From the NCBI RefSeq assembly GCF_001194135.2, contig NC_068985.1, positions 21,838,126-21,902,125 of the forward strand: DNA of 64,000 bases, given 5' to 3'. Of this stretch, positions 1 to 13,300 are shown one piece after another. A model generated the notes under the pieces. The model saw only the letters and a program-made list of their open reading frames with translations, searched no databases and had not been told where the DNA came from. Position 1 is the stretch's first letter; every line of letters starts with the position of its first letter. Source of the stretch: Octopus bimaculoides. Its lineage: Eukaryota. The position numbers were made by a program, and so were the translations under genes.

Positions 1-246
1 GGCACATGAAAGACACCATTTCGAGCGTGGCCGTTGCCAGTATCGCCTGACTGGCCTTCGTGCAGGTGACACGTAAAAGCACCTACTACACTCTCTGAGT
101 GGTTGGCGTTAGGAAGGGCATCCAGCTGTAGAAACTCTGCCAAATTTAGATTGGAGCCTGGTGTTGCCATCCGGTTTCACCAGTCCTCAGTCAAGTCGTC
201 CAACCCATGCTAGCATGGAAAGCGGACGTTAAACGATGATGATGAT
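1..246 (+). mobile_element. RTE-clade LINE 3' tail ending in (GAT)n, young subfamily
   Basis: ...aggaagggcatccagctgtagaaac...gcatggaaagcggacgttaaacgatgatgat; the same tail follows the RTE ORF end at 26176-26600; only 3 differences from the 45793-45950 copy over ~150 bp. Confidence 0.8.
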
Positions 247-1808
247 ATATACACTCTGATTTAAGTGGAGCAAGTTAGTAGCAGCACAAGTCTGAGACTA
301 ATTAATAACCTGACATGGACAATGGAAAGAGAATAATATAACACCATAAATGGGTTTGATTTGAAGTTTCCAGAATGCTACCCAATATGACAATCACCTA
401 AACAAGGCAAGAGGTTCAACAGTAATATGTTATGACAATAACAACTAAAATAAAGAGACCAGTCACTATATCTGTACAAAATTGGTAAAAACTTCAAAGC
501 TAGAGTTTATAGATTTTAATGTAGTGAACTAGAAATGAAATTTTAAAAATCAGCATTTTAAGATACTAATTTAATCAAGGATTAGATGTTATTTAATAAA
601 GCAATAAGGCAGTGAACAGACAGAATTGTTAGTATGCTGATAAAATACTTAGAGGTGCGCAAGGTGCCATGCAGTGGGACTGAACCCAGCACCAGTACAT
701 AGTTTGTTGGGTTTTTTTTCATGCTTCTGGGAGAGGCTGATCATATAAGCTGTTCCAAGCTCTCATTCAGGTACTTCTGTGACATCAGTCAGCTCTAATA
801 ATCATAGTGATGGTTATTCAATAACAATAATTACTGTAATGCTTCATGATATAATGTTTTTCATTAATAAAAATAATTGAAATGGAAAGGAGGAAACTTT
901 ATAATAAAAAATATATTTCGACTGTGGATGACAGATCAAGCAGCAGAAAGATAATGTACTTATTTAATTCATTCACTATCAGGAAGGAAAACAAGAGACC
1001 TTGTACAAGTCTGCCAATGCATAAATTATTAAATGTAATAAAAGAAAGAACAACAGAAAAAAAAAGACAGAAAAGGAAAGGAAAAAAAGACTACTAATTC
1101 TAATTCACTGAAACGGAACGAGAGAATATAGATTTTTGTTTCACTTTAGGGATATTCAAAGAAATAAAGTGTGAATCAGACAGATACTGATCATGAAACT
1201 TTTTAAGTCCTCAAATAGATAAAAGTGAATAATGTTTGAATAAGTAACTATAGAAAGTAGATTATTTAATAAGTTTTGAACAGAATATATTCAGGGAATG
1301 AGAATAGCTATAATATAAAGATAATGTCATTGTAATTATTGAACCTTTCCATATGTCCAAGACTACAGACTTCTGAAGCAGAACATATAAGATTGTTACA
1401 CTCATTGTTCAGAAAGATATCTTGAAAGATTAATTGAAATGGTTACAATCAGAAACAGAAGGTGACTAGTTGACTTGGTTCTCAGGGATCTATAATATAT
1501 TTACACTTTTGATGCCCATCTTATTTCATTGTAATTTCTGATTCAGCAAAGTCCAAGATTTTCTTCCTTCAATACACTTGTACAAAGAAAAAGGTGATGG
1601 TAGTCCTATTTATCTACTTCCCAAATTTGTAACAATTACAATATTTTTATACAGTGTCAACTAACTTGTTTGTTGTTTAAAGTATTACACAATTCTTAAT
1701 GCATTCTTACACCAATGCCTAAGCTACAAACTGGATGAACAATACCAGTTATAAATTGGATGTACACAATCTTGGCTTTTTAATTAATTACTGTATGTGA
1801 TACAGTAA

Positions 1809-2060
1809 TTAACAAAGTTTTTTCTGTCTTAACTCAACACTGCTAGTTATTGAATTCATGAATCTCATTTCAGTACTATCAGTTAATGGAATCATGACAC
1901 ACAGCTCAACATTAATGGTTAATAATGTCAGTTAACAAGGCCATGAACTTCAGTTCAACTCTAATAGTTAATGAACTCATGTATCTTAGCTCAACACTGC
2001 CTGTTAATGAGGTCATGAATCTCAGTTCAACACAGTCAGTTAATGCAGTCAATTCTGTTG
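1809..2060 (-). repeat. Inverted copy of part of the 36-bp minisatellite (matches 3171-3443)
   Basis: Reverse complement aligns to 3171-3443 with about 4 substitutions, a 23-nt deletion and a 2-nt insertion. Confidence 0.9.
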
Positions 2061-2414
2061 CTTAAAAAGATACATGGGCATATTAGATGCACTCCAATTA
2101 CAACAGTGCATATTCAAGAAAAAGTGAGTGTCAGGGACAAAATTAGCTTATGGGTGATTTCTTTTTGCAAAAAAGTGCATCATATATGCCATTATTACAT
2201 ATTAGCTATCGTGAGTAATTAACACACAGTCATACTTTTCTAACTCTTTGCCCTTTCAGAATCATCACCAAAGGTGGTGCTCCAGCATGGCACCAGTCAA
2301 ATGACTGAAACAAGTAAAAAAATAAAACAATAAAGATTCAATGGTTCATATGTTATCAGTAGCACAGTCTTTGTCTACCTTTCAAACCTTTTATTAAACA
2401 CACTTCACACTCAT

Positions 2415-2437
2415 CACCATCATCATCATCATCATCG

Positions 2438-2494
<57 letters not shown>

Positions 2495-2495
2495 G

Positions 2496-2536
<41 letters not shown>

Positions 2537-2665
2537 ATGTTTAATGTCTGCCTTCCATGCTGCCGTGAGTTGCATGGTTTGACTTGAGCTGGCTAGTCTG
2601 GAGCCTTCAGCGGACTTGTGTGTCTATTTTGGCACGGTTTTTACAGCTGGATGCCCTTCCTTGAT
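2415..2665 (-). mobile_element. RTE-type 3' tail whose (GAT)n end has expanded into a ~120-bp (CAT)n microsatellite
   Basis: (CAT)n at 2415-2537 abuts tttaatgtctgccttccatgc...cagctggatgcccttcc, the reverse complement of the tail. Confidence 0.7.
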
Positions 2666-3059
2666 CAACTGAATGACTTGCTTGTTCAATGAACATAACT
2701 GAACTTTCTACAGATGCATATAGCCTTTACATAATTCTAAGGCAGAATCAGTGTAACATAGAGTATAACAAAGCTATTCTTTGAATCATACCTACAATCT
2801 TCCTGGCAGACTTATGCAGTTTCCATCTGCCTAGTTGCACTCAAAGGCATGAGTTGATCCAAGGCAATGGTGACACTTACACAACAGAATCAAACCCAGA
2901 ACCTCATGATAGTGAACTATCATTATTTAGCCATGCTGCATCAGCTGTTGATAAGTAACATGCATAGATTGAGTTTGTGAATGTATTCCTTAGTTCAGCA
3001 ACTTAATGAAACATTAATTGATTAAAAATAAAAATAGAATTATATTAATAATTGTTTGC

Positions 3060-4420
3060 TGCTTTATTAATTGACAGCGTTGAGCTGAGATTCATAACTT
3101 GATTAACTGGTAGTGTTGGTTCATGTCTTCATTAACTGAACATGGAACAGATTTTCATGATTTAATTAACCAACAGAATTGACTGCATTAACTGACTATG
3201 TTGAACTGAGACTCATGACCTCATTAACAGGCAGTGTTGAGCTAAGATACATGAGTTCATTAACTATTAGAGTTGAACTGAAGTTCATGGCCTTGTTAAC
3301 TGAGAGTGCTGAGCTAATGTTCATGACATTATTAACCATTAATGTTGAGCTGTGTCATGATTCCATTAACTGATAGTACTGAGATGAGATTCATGAATTC
3401 AATAACTAGCAGTGTTGAGTTAAGACATAAAAAACTTTGTTAACTGCTAAAGTTGAGCAGAGGTTCATAATTCCCTTAACTGTAGTGTGTAACTGAAGTT
3501 CATGTGTTCATTAAGTAATAATGTTAATCAGAGGTTCACAACTTTGTTAACTGATTGTTTTAAGCCTAGGATCATGACGTCATTAAGGAATAATGTTCAG
3601 TTCATGTTCATGACTTTGTTAACTGATAGTAATGAGCTGATAGTATTGAGCTGAGGTTCATAATTCAATCAGCTAATATCAATGAGCTGATTTTCCAAAC
3701 TTCATGAACTGACTATGTTGGGCTAAGTTTCATGACATCATTAACTGATAATATTGAGCTGAGACTCATGACTTCATTATCTGATGGCAGTGAGCTGATT
3801 TTCATGACTTCATAGACTGACTGTGCTGAGCTAAGTTTCATGACATCATTAAGTGATTGCATTAAACTTAAGTTCATGAATTCCTTAAGTTCATCAAGTC
3901 ATTAAATGATAGCATTCAGCTGATGTTCACAAACTCATTATTTGAAAGTACTGAGCTGAGGTTCATGACTTCATTAACTGATAGTCATGAAATGAGGTTC
4001 ACGACTTTGTTAACTCCGATTTTGTGTGTAACTAAAGTTAATGTATTCATTAACTAATAATGTAGAGCATTAACCGGTAGTGTTGAACCAAGATTCATGA
4101 CTTCATTACCTAATAGCAGTGAATTCATTTTTGAAGCTTCAGTAACTGACAGCATTGAGCTGAGGTTCATGGCTCCATTACCTGATGATGTTGAGAGTGG
4201 TATCTGGTTTCATTACTTGATAGCACTGAGCTACCTTTCATGACTTCATTACCATTCTCAGTGAGCCAATGTTCATAACTTTGTTAATTGACTGTTTTGA
4301 ACTGAGGTTATGACATCATTATCTGGCAATGTTGAGCTAAGTTTCATTCGTTAACTGATAGAGTTGAGCTGAGGTTTATGACTTCATTGACTGATAGCAT
4401 TGAGCTGATATTCATGAATC
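3060..4420 (+). repeat. Diverged 36-bp minisatellite, about 37 units, consensus gttgagctgaggttcatgacttcattaactgatagca
   Basis: Recurring gagct / ttcatga / cattaactg at 36-nt spacing; produces ORF 3179..3373 with a 12-aa period. Confidence 0.9.
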
Positions 4421-4429
4421 TATGAATTC

Positions 4430-4431
4430 GT

Positions 4432-4518
<87 letters not shown>
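4430..4518. repeat. Compound (GT)n(GA)n microsatellite
   Basis: Seen directly; source of spurious ORF 4430..4630. Confidence 0.95.
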
Positions 4519-4519
<1 letters not shown>

Positions 4520-5367
4520 ATTTGCAATTTGAATGATATTTGGCTGCTATTCCTAAGAAGCTCAGTGACCCTGTATCATTGCCTGTTCATTGGTTTCCTT
4601 TGGCATTTAATTCCTTCATTTTCTTTCTGATGCAGTCTATAGGATGAATAATAGCAGCCACAGTAGTATTCTAGCTAATTGTTAACATGTTCATACATGA
4701 TATTCTGGCTGATCTGAATGTGAATACCTGTCCATTTACTATTGTTTGTCATCAAGGAACACTTTCCTCCTTTAAACAATGTGTATTCATAACATATGCA
4801 ATCCACCTGGTTACCACGTCAAGGAGACTTGGACACACTACATAATATTTTGACTTTGTCCTATGTCTCCTCAGGTAAAGCTATCCTGTTGGGATGATGA
4901 TTCTTACATATGTACGAGCTGTATCTGCATGAGCTGTATCTGTATACAGCTTACTACTCGTGCCAAACAGTAAAAATCTAAATAGTAATACATCTATTCA
5001 TTCTTAATATGTTTTGGCAAATTCAAAACATGAATATCTGATCACTGTTGTTTGCTTGCTGCTGGAAAATGTCTTCCTCCTTTTAGATGATGTATGTTCA
5101 TAACATACAGGATTCACCAGATCAGTTGTGTAAAGGAACTTTGAGACACAATAATATTTCAACCAAGTTGTATTTCCTCAGTCAAAGCTACCCCACCAAA
5201 CTGATGAATCTGACAAAAGTAGAGCACTTATGTCCCCTTCACAGATGAATCCTGTGTTGTGAAAGGGAGGAAGGCACTTTCCAATGACGAACAAACAACA
5301 GCAATCAGATATTCACATTCAAATCTACCACAGTGTATTATATATAAATTTGTTTGGATTGTTATAA

Positions 5368-5403
<36 letters not shown>

Positions 5404-5667
5404 TCCTTATTCTGCATGCACCCTGTGAATTATTACTTCTTTGGCAGACATCAGCATGCATCAGCAAATAATTTGTTGATTCCAATAAAAATCACTCATG
5501 TTCTTGTCAGATTCATTGATCCAATGGGGTAGCTTTGATAAAATGATATATGTACAGCTTTGGTGGAATACATAACACAAGATATTTTTATTTGAATGCA
5601 CTAGTTTATCCATTTTCTTGTCCATACATACATCTCTTGTTGAAAGACACACACACACACACACACA

Positions 5668-5912
5668 CACTAGACTGGCCATGCTGGGGCACTGCCTTCA
5701 GGAATTTTTAGTTGAACAAATCAACCCCTGTACTTATTATGTTTCATAAACCTGATACTAATTCTAGCCATCTCTTTTTGCAGAAACACTAAGTTATGAG
5801 GACGTAAACACATCAGTACCAGTTGTCACAAGGTGATGGAGGACAAGCACAGACACAAAGACACACACACATATATATACATGTGTGTGTGTGTGTGTAT
5901 GTGTGTGTACAC

Positions 5913-5954
<42 letters not shown>

Positions 5955-7255
5955 TGACTTTGAATCAACACTGATTCAAAGTCAGTGACCAGCTGTGGCG
6001 AAACCAGTTCTGAACAATGAAGATACTGTTTTACTGGTTAAATATGTCCCAAACACACACACACACACACACATACACAGATATATACTTTTCCAAGATG
6101 CTGTCTCACATCACAGTAAATTGATGTGCTTTCCTAGGATGCTACCCTGCAGAAAATTGACATAGAAACAAAACACATACAGTATGTACATGCAGCCAAT
6201 AATGCTTACATTATTAGAATGTTTTTAATTCAAAATATATATCTTTTTATCGGTTGTCGAGCACACACACACACACACACATGATGGGCTTCTTTCAGTT
6301 TCTGTCTATCAAATCCACTCACAAGGCTTTAGTTGGACTGAGTTTGTGTGGTCTGATGAATAAGTATCTGAACTGTTACCATAGTAACGAAGCTAAAGCA
6401 TGTAGAGTAAAGCCACTTGGTACATATTGACCTTGAACTCTGCACTACATGCACACTAAGTTTCAACATTCTAGCTTGCTTCCACTGTTTACAGCAGTGC
6501 TTGGAAGGAAAGTGTGTAGCGTGTGATCGTCGCATTGACCAAATTTTCTCTGTCATGGTCAATGCTTGGCAATACCTGCTCAGAGGCCTATGCAAGTTTT
6601 CGAAAGTTTTCAAAAAGTTTTCATTGTTCTTGACAAAATCAAAGAGATCTTGTGCAACTGAAATCTTGGCAGACATGCGTCTCATAGCCAAATCTTCTGT
6701 GGTAATGGACTGAACTGAACTATAACTAATCTGCACATCCTATGATAACTCACAGTTAGTGATTTGACGATTTCCTCTCACAGCTGCATGCACATCTGTG
6801 ACGTTTTTCTTTCTCTTGGTTGTGGACCTCCCAGAACATTTGTCAATATCAACATTTTTTCTGCCATCTTGGAAACGTCTGAACCACTTGTACACTTGTG
6901 TACAGCTCATACACTCCTCTCCATACACTTTCTGAAACTTTGCATAGGCCTCTGAGCAAGTATCACCATGACAATTTTTTCTGTCATGGCCAATGCGATG
7001 CTTACACGCTACACACCTTCCTTCTGAGCACTGCTGTAAACAGCAGAAGTGAGCTAGAATGTCAAAACTTAGTGCACATGCACAGCAGAGTTCACGGTAA
7101 ATCTTTGCCAAGCAGTTTCACTCTGCGTACTTTAGCTTCATTACTATGGCAACAGCTCAGATACTTATTGATCAGACCTTGTATAATAGAAGACACTTGC
7201 CCAAGGGGCCATGCAGTGGGGCTGAACTCAGAACCATGTGGTTGGGAAGTAACCT
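5668..7255 (-). mobile_element. Family A SINE (tRNA-like head) interrupted by nested insertions including the mariner derivative
   Basis: Tail at 5668-5850; head split at its TA: ...caaggctttagttggactgagtt|mariner|tataatagaagacacttgccc... Confidence 0.7.
6347..7181 (-). mobile_element. Non-autonomous mariner derivative with ~265-bp inverted arms and the N-terminal transposase HTH region
   Basis: Right end caaggtctgatcaataagtat (minus) next to TA; left end tgtggtctgatgaataagtat; ORFs give SEAYAKFQKVYGEECMSCTQVYKWFRRFQDGRKNV and EDLAMRRMSAK...NENFLKT, typical of mariner N-termini; DDD catalytic domain absent. Confidence 0.85.
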
Positions 7256-7694
7256 TATAATATATATGTCTGTGTGTGTGTGTGCATATGTATGCATGTG
7301 CGTATATGTGTGTGCAATGTACTTCCAGTTCTCAAATATCACTCACAGGGCATTGGTCAACTCAACTTTATTCCTGAGGATACTTGCTCAAGCTGTTGTG
7401 CAGTGGAATCAGATTGTGAAGATACCTTCCTAACTATGCAAACATTCCTGCACACATAATCATCAGGTTAATCTGGTTCAACTGGCTTTAATTGTTACTT
7501 ATGAACCCAGATGTGTCTGTCTCTACTACATAAACTACATCATTTAAAATCAAAAGCTAAGTTCTATTTATATTTAGTATTTCCTGGTGTAAATTGCAAT
7601 ATGTAAGGTGAAAAGAAGTTATCAGATTGATTTCAGGTTGTTTTTACTGTATTTTAATCCAGCTGATTTTGAAATTAAGATTTTTCATAGGTGC

Positions 7695-7854
7695 AGGAGT
7701 GGCTATGTGGTAAGTAGCTTGCTTACCAACCACATGGTTCCGGGTTCATTCCCACTGCGTGGCATCTTGGGCAAGTGTCTTCTACTATAGCTTCAGGCCG
7801 ACCAAAGCCTTGTGAGTGGATTTGGTAGACGGAAACTGAAAGAAACCCGTCGTA

Positions 7855-7929
<75 letters not shown>

Positions 7930-8124
7930 TTGTCCCCCTACCATCGCTTGAGAACCGATACTGGTGTGTTTACGTCCCCATAACTTAGCGGTTCGCAAAA
8001 AGAGACCGATAGAATAAGTACTAGGTTTACAAAGAATAAGTCCTGGGATCGATTTTCTCGACTAAAGGTGGTGCTCCAGCATGGCCACAGTCAAATGACT
8101 GAAACAAGTAAAAGAGTAAAAGAG
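7695..8124 (+). mobile_element. Full-length family A SINE with tail type 1
   Basis: Head ggagtggctatgtggtaag with box A/B-like motifs, internal (TA)n, tail ...gtcaaatgactgaaacaagtaaaagag; closely matches 30045-30398. Confidence 0.85.
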
Positions 8125-8229
8125 CAATAGTTATCATTGCCATAATCAACATTTAGGTTAAATGGAGCAGTAGAAATATCACATTTAGTTACATAACTTT
8201 ACATTTTAAGTTCTGACTTCAGTTATCAA

Positions 8230-8625
8230 CTGCCTTCATAATCATCATCATCATCATTGTCTTTTCATGCTTGTATGGCTCAGATGAAATTTACTGAAGT
8301 AGCTTTTCTACAGTTGGATTCCCTTCTTGTTGCAAACATTCCAAGCAAGGTAATATTTCTTGAAGGCCAGGCGTGTTTTTTACAGAAGACTGGAAATGAA
8401 TGGCATTGCTTGTATGATGATGATGCTCATTTGCAACCATTATATGATGTCTAGACAAGAGTATAGACATACACACACACACAATGGGTTGCTTTCAGTT
8501 TCTGTCTACCAAATCCACTCACAAGACTTGGGTCAGTTTAGAGTTATAATAGTAGAAACAGTGGGAGTGAACCCAAGGCCATGTAGTTGGGAAGCACACT
8601 TCTTAGCCACGCAACCATGCCTGTG
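8230..8625 (-). mobile_element. Family A SINE head with RTE-like tail (tail type 2)
   Basis: Reverse-complement head at 8480-8625, (CA)n linker, tail ending (GAT)n; same layout as 61360-61670. Confidence 0.65.
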
Positions 8626-10399
8626 CCTCCTTAGGTTATTAAAATATATACCAGTAATATATTGGGATCGATTACAATCAACCAAAGCCTTGACATAAAC
8701 TTCTTTGAATTATATCCAAGTCAGAAATGATCTTAATCATCATTAATTTATTATCTAATTTATTATTAGTATACATTGGGTGGATCAGTAAACTGCTCTA
8801 TGTTGCTTTCTGCTTCATGAAATCCAGTGAGATCCACAGTTTTCAAACCTAGATTTGTTCTTTTTGGAATACTATGATAAATGTTCTTGTTAGTAAATAA
8901 TATCCTTTCACCTGGTGTGTATCCTTCATTTGCATTTGTGTATCCATATCAGTGTAGATGTCTCTCTTGTAAATATTAGCTAGCATCTATGATGTTCTGC
9001 TTGTGCTTGATCGTCTTTGAAACTATTCAACAAACCCTGCTCAACTCATTTCTCACTAATCACTGTTAATCTTCCATACAGCATCATACAATTATTAAGT
9101 TACTGAGTCAACACTAGATTGCAGGATTCAACACACCAGACATCTTTCTTGGATTGTAAATGGACACACATGGTTACTTACCACCTTGTGGTCAATGATA
9201 TGATTGAACAATCCCATCAATAGTTGAAATCTGTTCTCAAACCTACAACAGTAGCTGGATAAGTTAAATTTCTTTTGTTCTTCTGGGTATTTTAACCATA
9301 GATAAGGACAGAATTGGTTGTGTGTCAGATAAATTTGTCTATGGTTAATATTTTCACAATATATGGACACATAGTTGTGTGTGTCTTTTCTCAAGATATT
9401 CAAGATCCAACAACCTATTTATAGTGACTCCAAATTTACATGTCCAGTCTACCATCCATTGCTTCTCACTTCCAGACAATTCCCACTCATGTACTGACCA
9501 ACATTCAGTAACAGTCAGATGTTTCCATAATGATATGATTCAACAACCACTACAAATGCCATCTTCCAATCCATTTAAAGTACTTCAAACAACCCCTCAA
9601 GTGCTTTTTATTGATATGCACAGAAAAAGCATTAGCAGTATAGATTGAATGAAGCAAGCCTGTTTGGAAAATTAATGGAAATTTGAAACAATATTTCATC
9701 AGGTTAATGCTACTCCATTATTCTATCCTTTGTCTTGTAATCTTAATTCTTCACTAGTTCTCATAAAAACACCAAATTTGACAGCTTGTCAGTCCAGTTT
9801 AAAACCACCGTTTCTTCCACTGACCAGTATTCCTGTTTCTCCACCTCATGTTAAGACCAGAACTGGTTGATATGCACACTGACGTAAATACTATGTACAA
9901 GCCTTTGATTAAAAACCCCCCCAGAAAAACTGTAGGTTTACACATATATATTCTACAGGTTTTATATCCTGATCGACCATGTTTGACTTTTCATCTAGAA
10001 GAGGAAGCAATGTAGTGCATCTCTTATGTTCTCTTCTTCATCTACTATTAGTCTACCCTCATCGCTTACTAACTTATTCTTGCTCCTTTGCTTCTGAATG
10101 TTAACTCTACCTCTCTTTTATGTAGACACACAAGCTGATACACATATGCACACATACAAATATATAACTCACTATTGCATTCATTTGCTATTATCACATA
10201 TCCTAATTATGGTACCATTAGGAACATTGTTTGTCACATGACCTTGTCACTCGGATATAGGGGAAAACAACATTCTCAAGAGTCTGTCACATGACTATTT
10301 TCACTGGCAGGTTTCAATGTGCTCACTGTTTGATGAATAATTGCTAAAGCCCACTTTTCTCACTATAAAAAGCTGTTTGCTAAGCAGAGAACAAGAGTT

Positions 10400-13300
10400 A
10401 AAAAATAAATCAATAGAATTGTACAACATTTAGAACTTACAAACTAACATACACATTCTCTCACCTATGTGCATATATGGTAATATTCCCATAAATCCAT
10501 TTGTCTTGCCACACATGAAGTTATTCTATGCAGTCAAACTTACATAACAAGATCTTGAATTAACAATATATCTCTTAACATTTTATCTTCAATATTTCAT
10601 GAACCATTGCTAAATTATCTTTCAAGCTGTTTCATTTTAAATTCCAAATACTAATTCTTGTACTGTTTCTACAAGACATGGAATTTAAACAATGAACTTT
10701 TTGATGTGCCATGCAAAAGATTTCTGAACTTTTAAACTGGAAATGCTCTGCCTGATTTCAGACATTTTCATACAAGTGGTGATGGCATAAAGTTCTTAAA
10801 CTTACTATTTTAGCAGCAAGATTCATTAAGATCTGGATTTTGTCGTTATTGACAAACAGAAAATGAAAGGAAATAATACAATCAATTTTAATTGTTACAT
10901 TTATGAATACAAATTCTTTTAAATTTCCTAGAGATAAATTTCTACCACATATTAATTATTCTATAAATGAATTAGTAAAGTTATGCATTTTCTGAAATAA
11001 TTCAAAGTTGGCTATTATAACAATCATATTTGAAGTAGGTATGAATTGAAAACAAAGAAAATAGTGTTAGTTGTTATATTTCTTTATTGGTTTATTTTTT
11101 CTTCTTTTTTTAAATGTTGGGAATATTTTGACTTCTGAACACCACTGAAATAAGCTAAACTTAGCTCTCTCTCTACATATGAGCTCAGTCATTTGTCCAA
11201 TACATAAACAAAGCAAAATAAATTGCTTTTACTCTCTTACTCTTTCCTTTGTTGATAGAAGCTTTATTGTGGTGAAATGGTTGGGAAGAGGGAAATGAAT
11301 TTTCTGGAGGTCTAGTGAAGAGACCACAGGAGAATTTCATGAGATTTTTCATTTACAGTGGAAATAAAGTTTTTTTTTTAAAAATTGGAACAACAAAAAT
11401 GAAAGTTGGAATGAATGAAAGAGAGGAAGAAGCAGATGCAAAAAAAACATGTTTTGATGATAAGTGGTGACATCTCTTAACTAGAGCTCCTCCTGGAGAA
11501 TGAAAACTTCAGAATTTTATTATGTGATATGCACATGCATGCACACATGCACTTTCAGTAAAAACTTTAAAAAAAAACCCCAAATAAAAACAATTTTCCA
11601 GCATATTAATACAAACATAGTTATGAGTTTATTAATAAAAAAAAAACAAAAAAAACAAACAAACAAACAAACAAAAACCAAAACATTCTTTTTTTTAATA
11701 AAGGATACAAAGGATATAATGATATGTGTGTTATGTTAGGTTATGTATGCATCTGTATGTGTGTGTTTGTGTTTACTGATGTCGAGAAATAAAAAATACA
11801 AAACTCTGCAAAAGTCAAAAAGTGAGGGAGGGAATAAAACTGTAAATGGTGAGTGAGGAAAGAATATAGATAAATGGGCAGGAAAAGGAGGGGGCGAGTA
11901 GAAAATCAATTCATAATACAGGAACAGCTGAATTTCAGAACAGTTACTGTTTTTTTATTGTGCAAGTCTTTCACCACCAATCTGCTGTTGCATAATTTCA
12001 TCACAGTTCAATCAGATAAAAAAATAGACTACAGACACAGTGAATAGGCCACAGTAGCGGACATTTAATCTTGATACCTTGAGAGAAATTATAGGGGGTT
12101 TCTTTCTTTTGTTTACCTCTTTTTTTTTAAATTTTGACTTTTAGTTCTTTTTATTTTATCTTTTTTTCTTTTTTAAAATACCTTATAACTATTTGAATGT
12201 TTCTCTGAAAGTGCAGATATATCTATCAACCATTGAAGCAAGATGTGTCAATGGTTCAGCTCTGTTGCTGAGGGATGATTTACTAGACTTTGTTCTTAGT
12301 AATGTTCCAAAGACACAAAAATATACAACACTGCATGATGTTACACTTTTGCATATAAATATGACATTTTGCAAAAACTTTGTACATCACAAACAACATG
12401 GTAAGAGAGGAAAAGAAAAAGAAAATATAAAAGAAAAATGAATGTAAAAATTGGTTACATGTTTTAAAAAAGAAAGAAAAATTTACAAAGAAAGAATAAT
12501 CAGTAGGATCATTTTAGTAAAAAAACACAGGTTTTTGCAATCAAAGATAGACTTCTTAAAATTTATATAAATGAATTTTTTTTATTTTAGTTTTTTGTTT
12601 TTTGAAAAAGACATCACAATGATATAAAGGTTTCATTTGAATACCCTCCAATGATTTCAATGTATTCAGACAAGATGGTTAATATATAGGGCATAAAAAC
12701 TTTTAGATAGCTAACTATTGGACAATGATAACTTTATAAACATAGTTGGCTATACAGAGAGGCTTTAAGAAAAGATGTTCACAAAACTACAGAGCATATT
12801 GAGATGTGGGTGGAATATCCTTTCTATAACATGACTGCATGACATGCAGGAACTTAATGTTTGCAGAATGGGGTTAAAAAGGACATGTGAAAATAACGAT
12901 GGCAAATTGTGAAACACTGAATAATATCGTTTCAAATTTTGATAATTTTTCTTTGCTCTAGTAAATTTGAAATTGTTGTTATTTCTGTTATAAGCATTTA
13001 CTGGAATGATTTCAAACTACCACTGAAACAAGACAAAGTCTGCAATTTCAGAGAGAAACAGATTTGAATATATTTTGTCACTGGAGAAAAAACATGAAAT
13101 ATCTATCTGATAGTTATTTAATTTTCAATTTATTTTTCATGAATTTTAATAATAATAATTCTAACTTAGAAATATTCTAAAGTTGGTCTTGGCTTTATAG
13201 AGTAAATTACAGTATCATATTTATTTTACCTTATTCAATTCCTAGTCAATATAAATATCACATCATGAAATGGGTTGAAAAATAATTATGAACCTTTATT

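Noticed and set aside
3060-4420. CRISPR-like appearance of a ~36-bp periodic array
   Set aside because: There is no constant repeat alternating with unique spacers; the whole unit varies gradually. No cas genes, and the context is eukaryotic.
8790-9900. Possible decayed Gypsy integrase or other TE coding sequence
   Set aside because: Only vague fragments (KFGV, GYTP); no convincing DDE or HPQ-NG-ER motif in any frame I tried.
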